From Euglena gracilis (taxonomy: Eukaryota), in contig CP154954.1 in NCBI GenBank assembly GCA_039621445.1, positions 16,324,140 through 16,388,139 on the forward strand: a DNA stretch of 64,000 bases, in the 5' to 3' direction. The position numbers were made by a program, and so were the translations under genes. Numbering within the stretch: the first letter of the stretch is position 1; each line of letters opens with the position of its first letter. Positions 49,780 to 62,400 of the stretch are shown here, in pieces. Below the pieces are notes generated by a model. That model worked only from the letters and a program-made list of their open reading frames with translations, was not told the DNA's origin and made no database searches.

Positions 49780-50740
49780 CTGCAACCAAGCTCCAAAAAT
49801 TTGGAAATTCTGCATCATGCCCTTGCTCCAACGTTACGCTTTCAACCCAGAATGGGTTGGAAAAGAAACCTCACGGACATTTTTTTCCAGCCTCTGCAAA
49901 CCGCCACTAACCAGACCACCACCGCTACCCCCATTTCAAAGTCAGGTCTGGTTGCAAGGAAGGTGAGCGCTCAAAAGGCATGCTGGGTTGCCCACCAACC
50001 GCTGGGAGAGAAAACATATAACAGGGCCATGACAGGCATGCATGTGAATGAGCCGCGCGTCGGAGAGGGGTTGGACATTGCACAGCAGCTCTCCACTGGA
50101 CCAGGCGTAAGCTACATCCCCACAGGGAAAAATTAGGGGGAAAGTTGGGAAATAATTCCAAGCTTCTTTTTACCAAACTCTGGGGGAGGGGATGTCTAGC
50201 AGGCTTCTGTTTACCAACTCTGGGGAGGGGGGGGTTCGTCCTGTAATAATTATAATAAAAAAGCGCTTACCTGTACCGGTGGGGGAGGTCAGGACCACCT
50301 AACCAATTTTATTGCAGAACTACTTAACCCAGGCGCTGTCGGAGAAGCAGTGTAATGTAGACACATCAAAATACCTGACCTTGCTTGAGTTGGGATGGCG
50401 TCAACTTCTGCCTCAACACTGGTGTGTCGGCGTCTATTTTCTGTTGTTGTGTTGTGTATTGCCTCTTCACTGACGAATGACCCTTCCAAGATTTTTGAAG
50501 GAAGCTTGCACCTTCCCCCAGGAGGCTGGGAGCCATGGCAGGGGGTGGGCGATTTTGACGGTGTCACGATTTGGTGCAGGAGGATCAAAAGAGCTCATGC
50601 ACTGTGTGTGGATGAAGAGCAAGGAAAAAAACAACTTTCTGTTTGATTCGCCTCACAATTACGGGATGCGATCAGAACAGCGACGGTTTCTTCTTTCGCT
50701 AAAAGCCGGGTTGAACAGACTGACTAAGCCCGACCCCCCA

Positions 50741-50960
50741 CTTATAACCCCCCCAATCCTATAACCCCCCCCCCTACTTATAACCCCCCCCCTCGGGCCC
50801 AACCACTAAACCGTGACTTATAACCCCCCCCCCCCTGGAAGCCATGAGAAGGCAAAGAGAACGGCCAAGGCTGAAACCCCCCCCACTTATACCCCCCCCC
50901 CCTCGGGGCCAACCACTAAACAGGATCCTATAACCCCCGGGGGGGTTATAAATGAGGGGG
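50741..50960. repeat. Cluster of TTATAA(C)n motifs with an inverted final copy
   Basis: About 6 copies of (CT)TATAACCCCCC plus GGGGGGTTATAA; CCCTCGGG(C/G)CCAACCACTAAA is duplicated. Confidence 0.8.
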
Positions 50961-52125
50961 GGGGGTTATTCATTTGCAACTGAACCACTGCGGAAATGCT
51001 GCACGACTGACTTGGTGCCACGTCCAATTTTGACAGCAAACCATCCAGCACCCTTTGAAACCTGGCACGTGTACTCCACCACTGTTCTGTCAACAGAAAA
51101 TGCTCGAGCTTCTGTTGTTAAAATCATTTCTACGCATCCTGAGCAATTGTCCCGTTATGCAAATTAAGCTGAGATGGTGCCAAATCGAACGCTCTTATTC
51201 CTTTGTGCCGGCAAAAGTTCTCTGATGCCATAAAATCCAAGTTCCTTTGCGCGATTGCGCAAAACAACATAACACCAACATTCCAAGAAGAATGTACAAT
51301 TGTTAAACTAACACAATGAACTTTTTTCTGTTTGGGCACTGCAAATTCTGTGATGATGTCGCAACGCAGCTGGTCCCACCGTCGCGGTATGCGGACTACG
51401 CCTGCCTCTGCCAAAATGGGGAAGATCCTGGGCAGATTCGTCCAGGACCACTTCATGGAGGGCTATGAGGTGTTCGTGGCCAATGCCCAGATGACCCCTA
51501 CTGAACTTAATCATCCAGATCACCCTCACTGGCCCAAAATCACACATCCAGGCCCCGGGAACCCCAAAAAACGGTCAACCCCCCCCCCCTAAACCTCATG
51601 ATTGACCCCCTGATTTGGGTCCCAATTCCTTGTCTAGCCCAAGATGGCCAATTTATGGTTTCGGGCCCCAAAGAGGCCCGAAATGGCCAAAACTGGCAAA
51701 ACCATAAAACAGCCGTATCTCGGGCTAGGCGAGGAGTTGGCCCAAACCGCAAATACCGGTGGATAGGGCGTCACAAAGTTATGGAATGACGTCCTCTTTA
51801 CTTTTTCTCAACTCCGCAGCGTTTTTGAAGTATTTTGAATTTTTCGATTTTTTGACCCAAAAATGACCCTGCAATTTCCCCGGAAAAAAAAGACGGTAGA
51901 CAACTTTTTTGCTCGGGCATATCTCCGGACTTGCGTGGAGTTGGGGTAACCCAAGGGCTCTGGAGAAACTAGGGATCGTCCCCTAACCTATTGGCTATTC
52001 ACTTTGGGGGCCAGGAAATCCAATCACATCGATAATCCTCGGGGGTCCTTGCCTACCAAGGGAGGGGGGGGTCGGGGGGCAGGGGGGCGGGGGGAGGGTC
52101 GACCCCCCCCCCTCCGGCCCCGGTG

Positions 52126-52261
<136 letters not shown>

Positions 52262-53285
52262 TCGCTCTTACTCTAAAGAGATAAGAGCTCAGCGGCCAGG
52301 GTGTGACGTAGAGCTGAGCTCTTTGGGAGACCACCCTGGCCCGGCCCGGCCCGGCCGGCGGCTCGGCGGCCCAACCCAGGCCGGTTACGGGGTTGAAAAA
52401 CACTCATTTTCGGGTCAAAAACACCCTTTCCTGGGTCTGGGAGGCAAAAACACGTGGTTTTGGGTAAAAAAAAATTTCGATTTTTTTGACTTTTTTTGAC
52501 CGGAAAATGACCCAAAGTCCAAAGGATTCGGGCCAAAAACGGGGTGCTGGCGGGTCGAGTGGCGCTCATTTTCGGCTCAAAAACACTTTTTCTGGGTCCG
52601 GGAGGCCAAAAAACATCATTTCGGGCAAAATTTAAGATTTGGGCCCAAACCGGGGCTGGCGGGTCAAAAAACGCTCATTTTTTGGCTCAAAAACAGTTTT
52701 TCCAGGTCCGGGAGGCCAAAAAAACATGGTTTTGGGCGAAAAAAAACTTTCGATTTTTTTCGACTTTTTTTGGCCGAAAACGGCTAAGTGGGGATTGCAG
52801 GTCATTTTGGGGTCAAAAAATCGAAAAATTCAAAATGTCTCGAAAACGCTGCGGAGTTGAAAAAAAGTAAAGAGGACCGCCTTCCACAACGCCCGATCGA
52901 TCGGTATGCGCGGTTTGGGCCAACTCCTCGCCTAGCCCGAGATACGGTCGTTTTGTGGTTTTGGGCCAGTTTTGCCAGTTTTGGCCATTTCGGGCCTGTT
53001 CGAGGCCCGAAACCGTAAATTGGCCGTATCTCGGGCTAGACGAGGAGTTGGGACCCAAACCAGGGGGTCAATCATGAGGTTTGGGGGGGGGGGTTGACCG
53101 TTTTTTGAGGTTCCCGGGGTCTGGTTGTGCGATTTTGGGCCAGTTTTGGGTACCCGGGGACCCCTGCGGGGGGTTGGAGGGCGGCTGGGCGAGGGGGGGA
53201 TGGCAGGCAGGTTGGGACCCAAAATTTTGAAAAAAAAAATTTTCCTCAAAAACACTTTTTTTCACTTTAGAACATCAAAAAAAGT

Positions 53286-53475
53286 CGTGCCCCTGAGGTC
53301 GTGTGCGATGGCATCCCAGGTTGGTTCGAGCGTCGGACAGCGTTGTGAGAAGGGGGTCCCAGGCCTTCTGCAGCCCGGCAGAAATGGCTGGGGTGGGTCA
53401 TCTGTTTCCATGGCTGCCGTCGCTGCTGTAATCGCGGCAGTCGTGGGCGCAGCAAGGGCAGGCAATGGGTTATCC
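53286..53475 (-). other. 190-bp GC-rich coding-like insert in one array unit
   Basis: Other units read AAAAGT|GTTTTTGAGCC at this point. Minus frame is open: PALAAPTTAAITAATAAMETDDPPQPFLPGCRRPGTPFSQRCPTLEPTWDAIAHDLRGT. Confidence 0.75.
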
Positions 53476-56400
53476 GTTTTTGAGCCAAAAAAATTAAACC
53501 GACCCGGACCCCGCCCCGGCTGCGCCCCACCCCCCCCCGGCCGGTGGACGTAGCCATTTTTGGGTCAAAAAGTCGAAAAAATTCGAAAAAAATTTTTGCC
53601 CAAAACCATGTTTTTTGACCTCTCGGACCCAAAAAAAGTGTTTTCGAGCCGAAAATGAGCGTTTTTGGACCCCCGGCCTCCGTTTTGGGCCCGAAACCAA
53701 TGGACGTTGGATCATTTTCATGTCAAAAAAGGAAAATTTCAGGGTCATTTTGGGGTCAAAAAAATCGAAAAATTCAAAATATCTCGAAGACGCGGAGTTG
53801 AGATAAAATAAAGAGGAACTCATTCCACAACTTTGGGACGCCCGTTCGATCGGTATGCACGGTTTGGGCCAACTCCTCGCCTAGCCCGAATTACGCCCGT
53901 TTTGTGGTTTTGGGCCAGTTCTGCCAGTTTTGGCCATTTCGGGCCCGTTCGGGGCCCGAAACCGTAAATTGGCTATATCTCGGACTGGACGAGGAGTTGG
54001 GACCCAAACCAGGGGGTCAATCCTCAGGTTTAGGGGGGGGGGTTTAACCGTTTTTTGAGGTTCCCGGGGTCTGGTTGTGCGATTTTGGGCCATTTTTGGG
54101 TATTCGGGGACCCCTGCGGGGGGTCCGAGGGCGGATGGGCTTGGGAGGTCGGGAGGCAGGTCGGGACCTAAAATTTTAAAAAAAATTTTTTGCTCAAAAA
54201 CACTTTTTTTCACTTCACAACATCAAAAAAAGTGTGTTTGAGCAAAAAAAAATTCCGACCCGGACTGCCCCCCACATGCCCCCCCCCCCCCCTGGCTGGG
54301 GCCCGCCCCGCTGGCCGGTGGTGCATTAAGCCATTTTTGGGTCAAAAAGTAAAAAAAAAAAAAAAAAAAATTGCCCAAAACCATGTTTTTTGACCTCTCG
54401 GACCCGAAAAAAGTGTTTTCGAGCCAAAAATGAGTGTTTTTCGACCCTCCAGCGCCCCGTTTTGGGCCGCCAACCCATTGACTTTGGGTCAAAACTGGGC
54501 CAAAAAAAGTTGGGAAAAATCGAAAAAACCTTTTTTGCCCAAAACCACGTGTTTTTGCCTCCCCGACCCGGACAACCTGTTTTTGACCCAAAAATGACCC
54601 TGCAATTTCCCCAGAAAAAAAAGACGGTAACCAACTTTTTTTCTCGGGAATATCTCCGGACTAGCGTGGTGTTTGGGTAACCCAAGGGCTCTCTAGACCG
54701 TAGGGATCGTCTCCTAAGCTATTGCCTATTCACTTTGGGGGCCAGGAAATCCAATCACATCAATAATCCTCGGGGGTCCTTGCCTACCCAGGGAGGGGGG
54801 GGGGGCGGGGGGCGGGGGGGGGGGGGGCGGGGGGGGGGGGGTCGGACCCCCCCCTCCGGCCCCGGTGGTAAGCTTCGCTCTTACTCTAAAGAGATAAGAG
54901 CTCAGCGGCCAGGGTGTGACGTAGAGCTGAGCTCTTTGGGGAGACCACCCTGGCCCGGCCCGCCCCGGCCCGGCCCGGCCGGCGGCTCGGCGGCCCAACC
55001 CAGTCCAGATACGGGGTTGAAAAACACTCATTTTCGGGTCAAAAACACCCTTTCCTGGGTCTGGGAGGCAAAAACACGTGGTTTTGGGTAAAAAAAATTT
55101 CGATTTTTTTTGACTTTTTTGACCGGAAAATGACCCAAAGTCCAAAGGATTCGGGCCAAAAACGGGGTGCTGGCGGGTCAAGAGGCGCTCATTTTTGGGC
55201 TCAAAAACCAGTTTTTTGGGTTCGGGAGGCCAAAAAACATCATTTCGGGCAAATTTTTTTGATTTTTTTCGACCTTTTTGACCCGGTTTTGACCCAAAGT
55301 CCTTAAGATTTGGGCCCAAACCGGGGCTGGCGGGTCAAAAAACGCTCATTTTTTGGCTCAAAAACAGTTTTTCCGGGTCCGGGAGGCCAAAAAAACATGG
55401 TTTTGGGCGAAAAAAAACTTTCGATTTTTTTCGACTTTTTTTGGCCGAAAACGGCTAAGTGGGGATTGCAGGTCATTTTGGGGTCAAAAAATCGAAAAAT
55501 TCAAAATGTCTCGAAAACGCTGCGGAGTTGAAAAAAAGTAAAGAGGACCGCCTTCCACAACGCCCGATCGATCGGTATGCGCGGTTTGGGCCAACTCCTC
55601 GCCTAGCCCGAGATACGGTCGTTTTGTGGTTTTGGGCCAGTTTTGCCAGTTTTGGCCATTTCGGGCCTGTTCCAGGCCCGAAACCGTAAATTGGCCGTAT
55701 CTCGGGCTAGACGAGGAGTTGGGACCCAAACCAGGGGGTCAATCATGAGGTTTGGGGGGGGGGGGTGACCGTTTTTTGAGGTTCCCGGGGTCTGGTTGTG
55801 CAATTTTGGGCCAGTTTTGGGTACCCGGGGACCCCTGCGGGGGGTTGGAGGGCGGCTGGGCGAGGGGGGGATGGCAGGCAGGTTGGGACCCAAAATTTTG
55901 AAAAAAATTTTTTTCCTCAAAAACACTTTTTTTCACTTTAGAACATCAAAAAAAGTTTTTTTGAGCCAAAAAAATTAAACCGACCCGGACCCCGCCCCGG
56001 CTGCGCCCCCCCCCCCCCCGGCCGGTGGACGTAGCCATTTTTGGGTCAAAAATTCGAAAAAATTCGAAAAAAAAATTTGCCCAAAACCATGTTTTTTGAC
56101 CTCCTGGACCCGAAAAAAGTGTTTTCGAGCCGAAAATGAGCGTTTTTGGACCCCCGGCCTCCGTTTTGGGCCCGAAACCAATGGACGTTGGATCATTTTC
56201 ATGTCAAAAAAGGAAAATTTCAGGGTCATTTTGGGGTCAAAAAAATCGAAAAATTCAAAATATCTCGAAGACGCGGAGTTGAGATAAAATAAAGAGGAAC
56301 TCATTCCACAACTTTGGGACGCCCGTTCGATCGGTATGCACGGTTTGGGCCAACTCCTCGCCTAGCCCGAATTACGCCCGTTTTGTGGTTTTGGGCCAGT

Positions 56401-59400
56401 TTTGCCAGTTTTGGCCATTTCGGGCCCGTTCGGGGCCCGAAACCGTAAATTGGCTATATCTCGGACTGGACGAGGAGTTGGGACCCAAACCAGGGGGTCA
56501 ATCCTCAGGTTTAGGGGGGGGGGTTTAACCGTTTTTTGAGGTTCCCGGGGTCTGGTTGTGCGATTTTGGGCCATTTTTGGGTATTCGGGGACCCCTGCGG
56601 GGGGTCCGAGGGCGGATGGGCTTGGGAGGTCGGGAGGCAGGTCGGGACCTAAAATTTTAAAAAAAATTTTTGCTCAAAAACACTTTTTTTCACTTCACAA
56701 CATCAAAAAAAGTGTATTAAAAAAAAAAAAATGAAAAAAAAAAATAGAAAAAAACTCCCCCCGACCCGTTGAGCCCCCCCCCCCCCCCCCTGGTGGAGGC
56801 CCGCCCCACTGCCGGTGGTGCATTAAGCCATTTTTGGGTCAAAAAGTCGGAAAAATTCGAAAAAAATTGCCCAAAACCATGTTTTTTGACCTCTCGGACC
56901 CGAAAAAAGTGTTTTCGAGCCGAAAATGAGCGTTTTTGGACCCCCGGCCTCCGTTTTGGGCCTGAAACCAATGGACGTTGGATCATTTTCATGTCAAAAA
57001 AGGAAAATTTCAGGGTCATTTTGGGGTCAAAAAAATCGAAAAATTCAAAATATCTCGAAGACGCGGAGTTGAGATAAAATAAAGAGGAACTCATTCCACA
57101 ACTTTGGGACGCCCGTTCGATCGGTATGCACGGTTTGGGCCAACTCCTCGCCTAGCCCGAATTACGCCCGTTTTGTGGTTTTGGGCCAGTTCTGCCAGTT
57201 TTGGCCATTTCGGGCCCGTTCGGGGCCCGAAACCGTAAATTGGCTATATCTCGGACTGGACGAGGAGTTGGGACCCAAACCAGGGGGTCAATCCTCAGGT
57301 TTAGGGGGGGGGGTTTAACCGTTTTTTGAGGTTCCCGGGGTCTGGTTGTGCGATATTGCGCCAAGTATGGGTATTTGGGGACCCCTGCGGGGGGTCCGAG
57401 GGCGGATGGGCTTGGGAGGTCGGGAGGCAGGTCGGGACCTAAAATTTTAAAAAAAATTTTTTGCTCAAAAACACTTTTTTTCACTTCACAACATCAAAAA
57501 AAGTGTATTAGAAAAAAAAAAAATTCCGACCCGGACTGCCCCCCACATGCCCCCCCCCCCCTGGCTGGGGCCCGCCCCGCTGGCCGGTGGTGCATTAAGC
57601 CATTTTTGGGTCAAAAAGTCGGAAAAATTCGAAAAAAATTGCCCAAAACCATGTTTTTTGACCTCTCGGACCCGAAAAAAGTGTTTTCGAGCCAAAAATG
57701 AGTGTTTTTCGACCCTCCAGCGCCCCGTTTTGGGCCGCCAACCCATTGACTTTGGGTCAAAACTGGGCCAAAAAAAGTTGGGAAAAATCGAAAAAACCTT
57801 TTTTGCCCAAAACCACGTGTTTTTGCCTCCCAGACCCGGAAGGACTGTTTTTGACCCAAAAATGACCCTGCAATTTCCCCAGAAAAAAAAGACGGTAGAC
57901 AACTTTTTTGCTCGGGCATATCTCCGGACTGGCGTGGAGTTGGGGTAACCCAAGGGCTCTGGAGAAACTAGGGATCGTCCCCTAACCTATTGGCTATTCA
58001 CTTTGGGGGCCAGGAAATCCAATCACATCGATAATCCTCGGGGGTCCCTTGCCTACCCGGGATTGCCTTACCAGGGAGGGGCAGGGGGGGGGGGGGGGGG
58101 GGGGGGAGGGTCGGACCCCCCCCCTCCGGCCCCGGTGGTAAGCTTCGCTCTTACTCTAAAGAGATAAGAGCTCAGCGGCCAGGGTGTGACGTAGAGCTGA
58201 GCTCTTTGGGAGACCACCCTGGCCCGGCCCGGCCCGGCCCGGCCCGGCCGGCGGCTCGGCGGCCCAACCCAGGCCAGATACGGGGTTGAAAAACACTCAT
58301 TTTCGGGTCAAAAACACCCTTTCCTGGGTCTGGGAGGCAAAAACACGTGGTTTTGGGTAAAAAAAATGTCGATTTTTTTTGACTTTTTGACCGGAAAAAT
58401 GACCCAAAGTCCAAAGGATTCGGGCCAAAAACGGGGTGCTGGCGGGTCGAGTGGCGCTCATTTTCGGCTCAAAAACACTTTTTCTGGGTCCGGGAGGCCA
58501 AAAAACATCATTTCGGGCAAAATTTTTTTTGATTTTTTTCGACCTTTTTGACCCGGTTTTGACCCAAAGTCCTTAAGATTTGGGCCCAAACCGGGGCTGG
58601 CGGGTCAAAAAACGCTCATTTTTTGGCTCAAAAACAGTTTTTCCGGGTCCGGGAGGCCAAAAAAAAATGGTTTTGGGCGAAAAAAAACTTTCGATTTTTT
58701 CGACTTTTTTTGGCCGAAAACGGCTAAGTGGGGATTGCAGGTCATTTTGGGGTCAAAAAATCGAAAAATTCAAAATGTCTCGAGTTGAAAAAAGTAAAGA
58801 GGACCGCCTTCCACAACGCCCGATCGATCGGTATGCGCGGTTTGGGCCAACTCCTCGCCTAGCCCGAGATACGGTCGTTTTGTGGTTTTGGGCCAGTTTT
58901 GCCAGTTTTGGCCATTTCGGGCCTGTTCCAGGCCCGAAACCGTAAATTGGCCGTATCTCGGGCTAGACGAGGAGTTGGGACCCAAACCAGGGGGTCAATC
59001 ATGAGGTTTGGGGGGGGGGGGTTGACCGTTTTTTGAGGTTCCCGGGGTCTGGTTGTGCAATTTTGGGCCAGTTTTGGGTACCCGGGGACCCCTGCGGGGG
59101 GGTGGAGGGGGGAGGGGCGGGGGGGGGGGGGGGGGATGGCAGGCAGGTTGGGACCCAAAATTTTGAAAAAATTTCTTTCCCTCAAAAACACTTTTTTTCA
59201 CTTTAGAACATCAAAAAAAGTGTTTTTGAGCCAAAAAAATTAAACCGACCCGGACCCCGCCCCGCCTGCGCCCCCCCCCCCCCGGCCGGTGGACGTAGCC
59301 ATTTTTGGGTCAAAAAGTCGAAAAAATTCGAAAAAATTTTTTGCCCAAAACCATGTTTTTTGACCTCCTGGACCCGAAAAAAGTGTTTTCGAGCCGAAAA

Positions 59401-62400
59401 TGAGCGTTTTTGGACCCCCGGCCTCCGTTTTGGGCCCGAAACCAATGGACGTTGGATCATTTTCATGTCAAAAAAGGAAAATTTCAGGGTCATTTTGGGG
59501 TCAAAAAAATCGAAAAATTCAAAATATCTCGAAGACGCGGAGTTGAGATAAAATAAAGAGGAACTCATTCCACAACTTTGGGACGCCCGTTCGATCGGTA
59601 TGCACGGTTTGGGCCAACTCCTCGCCTAGCCCGAATTACGCCCGTTTTGTGGTTTTGGGCCAGTTTTGCCAGTTTTGGCCATTTCGGGCCCGTTCGGGGC
59701 CCGAAACCGTAAATTGGCTATATCTCGGACTGGACGAGGAGTTGGGACCCAAACCAGGGGGTCAATCCTCAGGTTTAGGGGGGGGGGTTTAACCGTTTTT
59801 TGAGGTTCCCGGGGTCTGGTTGTGCGATTTTGGGCCATTTTTGGGTATTCGGGGACCCCTGCGGGGGGTCCGAGGGCGGATGGGCTTGGGAGGTCGGGAG
59901 GCAGGTCGGGACCTAAAATTTTAAAAAATTTTTTTTGCTCAAAAACACTTTTTTTCACTTCACAACATCAAAAAAAGTGTGTTTGAGCAAAAAAAAATTC
60001 CGACCCGGACTGCCCCCCACATGCCCCCCCCCCCTGGCTGGGGCCCGCCCCGCTGGCCGGTGGTGCATTAAGCCATTTTTGGGTCAAAAAGTCGGAAAAA
60101 TTCGAAAAAAATTGCCCAAAACCATGTTTTTTGACCTCTCGGACCCGAAAAAAGTGTTTTCGAGCCGAAAATGAGCGTTTTTGGACCCCCGGCCTCCGTT
60201 TTGGGCCTGAAACCAATGGACGTTGGATCATTTTCATGTCAAAAAAGGAAAATTTCAGGGTCATTTTGGGGTCAAAAAAATCGAAAAATTCAAAATATCT
60301 CGAAGACGCGGAGTTGAGATAAAATAAAGAGGAACTCATTCCACAACTTTGGGACGCCCGTTCGATCGGTATGCACGGTTTGGGCCAACTCCTCGCCTAG
60401 CCCGAATTACGCCCGTTTTGTGGTTTTGGGCCAGTTCTGCCAGTTTTGGCCATTTCGGGCCCGTTCGGGGCCCGAAACCGTAAATTGGCTATATCTCGGA
60501 CTGGACGAGGAGTTGGGACCCAAACCAGGGGGTCAATCCTCAGGTTTAGGGGGGGGGGTTTAACCGTTTTTTGAGGTTCCCGGGGTCTGGTTGTGCGATT
60601 TTGGGCCATTTTTGGGTATTCGGGGACCCCTGCGGGGGGTCCGAGGGCGGATGGGCTTGGGAGGTCGGGAGGCAGGTCGGGACCTAAAATTTTAAAAAAA
60701 ATTTTTGCTCAAAAACACTTTTTTTCACTTCACAACATCAAAAAAAGTGTGTTTGAGCAAAAAAAAATTCCGACCCGGACTGCCCCCCACATGCCCCCCC
60801 CCCCCTGGCTGGGGCCCGCCCCGCTGGCCGGTGGTGCATTAAGCCATTTTTGGGTCAAAAAGTCGGAAAAATTCGAAAAAAAATTGCCCAAAACCATGTT
60901 TTTTGACCTCTCGGACCCGAAAAAAGTGTTTTCGAGCCAAAAATGAGTGTTTTTCGACCCTCCAGCGCCCCGTTTTGGGCCGCCAACCCATTGACTTTGG
61001 GTCAAAACTGGGCCAAAAAAAGTTGGGAAAAATCGAAAAAACCTTTTTTGCCCAAAACCACGTGTTTTTGCCTCCCAGACCCGGAAAAACTGTTTTTGAC
61101 CCAAAAATGACCCTGCAATTTCCCCAGAAAAAAAAGACGGTAGACAACTTTTTTGCTCGGGCATATCTCCGGACTGGCGTGGAGTTGGGGTAACCCAAGG
61201 GCTCTGGAGAAACTAGGGATCGTCCCCTAACCTATTGGCTATTCACTTTGGGGGCCAGGAAATCCAATCACATCGATAATCCTCGGGGGTCCTTGCCTAC
61301 CCAGGGAGGGGGGGGGCGGGGGGCGGGGGGGGGGGCGGGGGGGGGAGGGGTCGGACCCCCCCCCTCCGGCCCCGGTGGTAAGCTTCGCTCTTACTCTAAA
61401 GAGATAAGAGCTCAGCGGCCAGGGTGTGACGTAGAGCTGAGCTCTTTGGGAGACCACCCTGGCCCGGCCCGGCCCGGCCCGGCCCGGCCGGCGGCTCGGC
61501 GGCCCAACCCAGGCCAGATACGGGGTTGAAAAACACTCATTTTCGGGTCAAAAACACCCTTTCCTGGGTCTGGGAGGCAAAAACACGTGGTTTTGGGTAA
61601 AAAAAATTTCGATTTTTTTTGACTTTTTTGACCGGAAAATGACCCAAAGTCCAAAGGATTCGGGCCAAAAACGGGGTGCTGGCGGGTCGAGTGGCGCTCA
61701 TTTTCGGCTCAAAAACACTTTTTCTGGGTCCGGGAGGCCAAAAAACATCATTTCGGGCAAAATTTTTTTTGATTTTTTTCGACCTTTTTGACCCGGTTTT
61801 GACCCAAAGTCCTTAAGATTTGGGCCCAAACCGGGGCTGGCGGGTCAAAAAACGCTCATTTTTTGGCTCAAAAACAGTTTTTCCGGGTCCGGGAGGCCAA
61901 AAAAAAATGGTTTTGGGCGAAAAAAAACTTTCGATTTTTTTCGACTTTTTTTGGCCGAAAACGGCTAAGTGGGGATTGCAGGTCATTTTGGGGTCAAAAA
62001 ATCGAAAAATTCAAAATGTCTCGAGTTGAAAAAAGTAAAGAGGACCGCCTTCCACAACGCCCGATCGATCGGTATGCGCGGTTTGGGCCAACTCCTCGCC
62101 TAGCCCGAGATACGGTCGTTTTGTGGTTTTGGGCCAGTTTTGCCAGTTTTGGCCATTTCGGGCCTGTTCCAGGCCCGAAACCGTAAATTGGCCGTATCTC
62201 GGGCTAGACGAGGAGTTGGGACCCAAACCAGGGGGTCAATCATGAGGTTTGGGGGGGGGGGGTTGACCGTTTTTTGAGGTTCCCGGGGTCTGGTTGTGCA
62301 ATTTTGGGCCAGTTTTGGGTACCCGGGGACCCCTGCGGGGGGTTGGAGGGCGGCTGGGCGAGGGGGGGATGGCAGGCAGGTTGGGACCCAAAATTTTGAA

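Noticed and set aside
51205-51245. Helicase Q-motif-like ELGFYGIRELLPAQ on the minus strand
   Set aside because: No Walker A or DExD/H motif found in downstream exon candidates.
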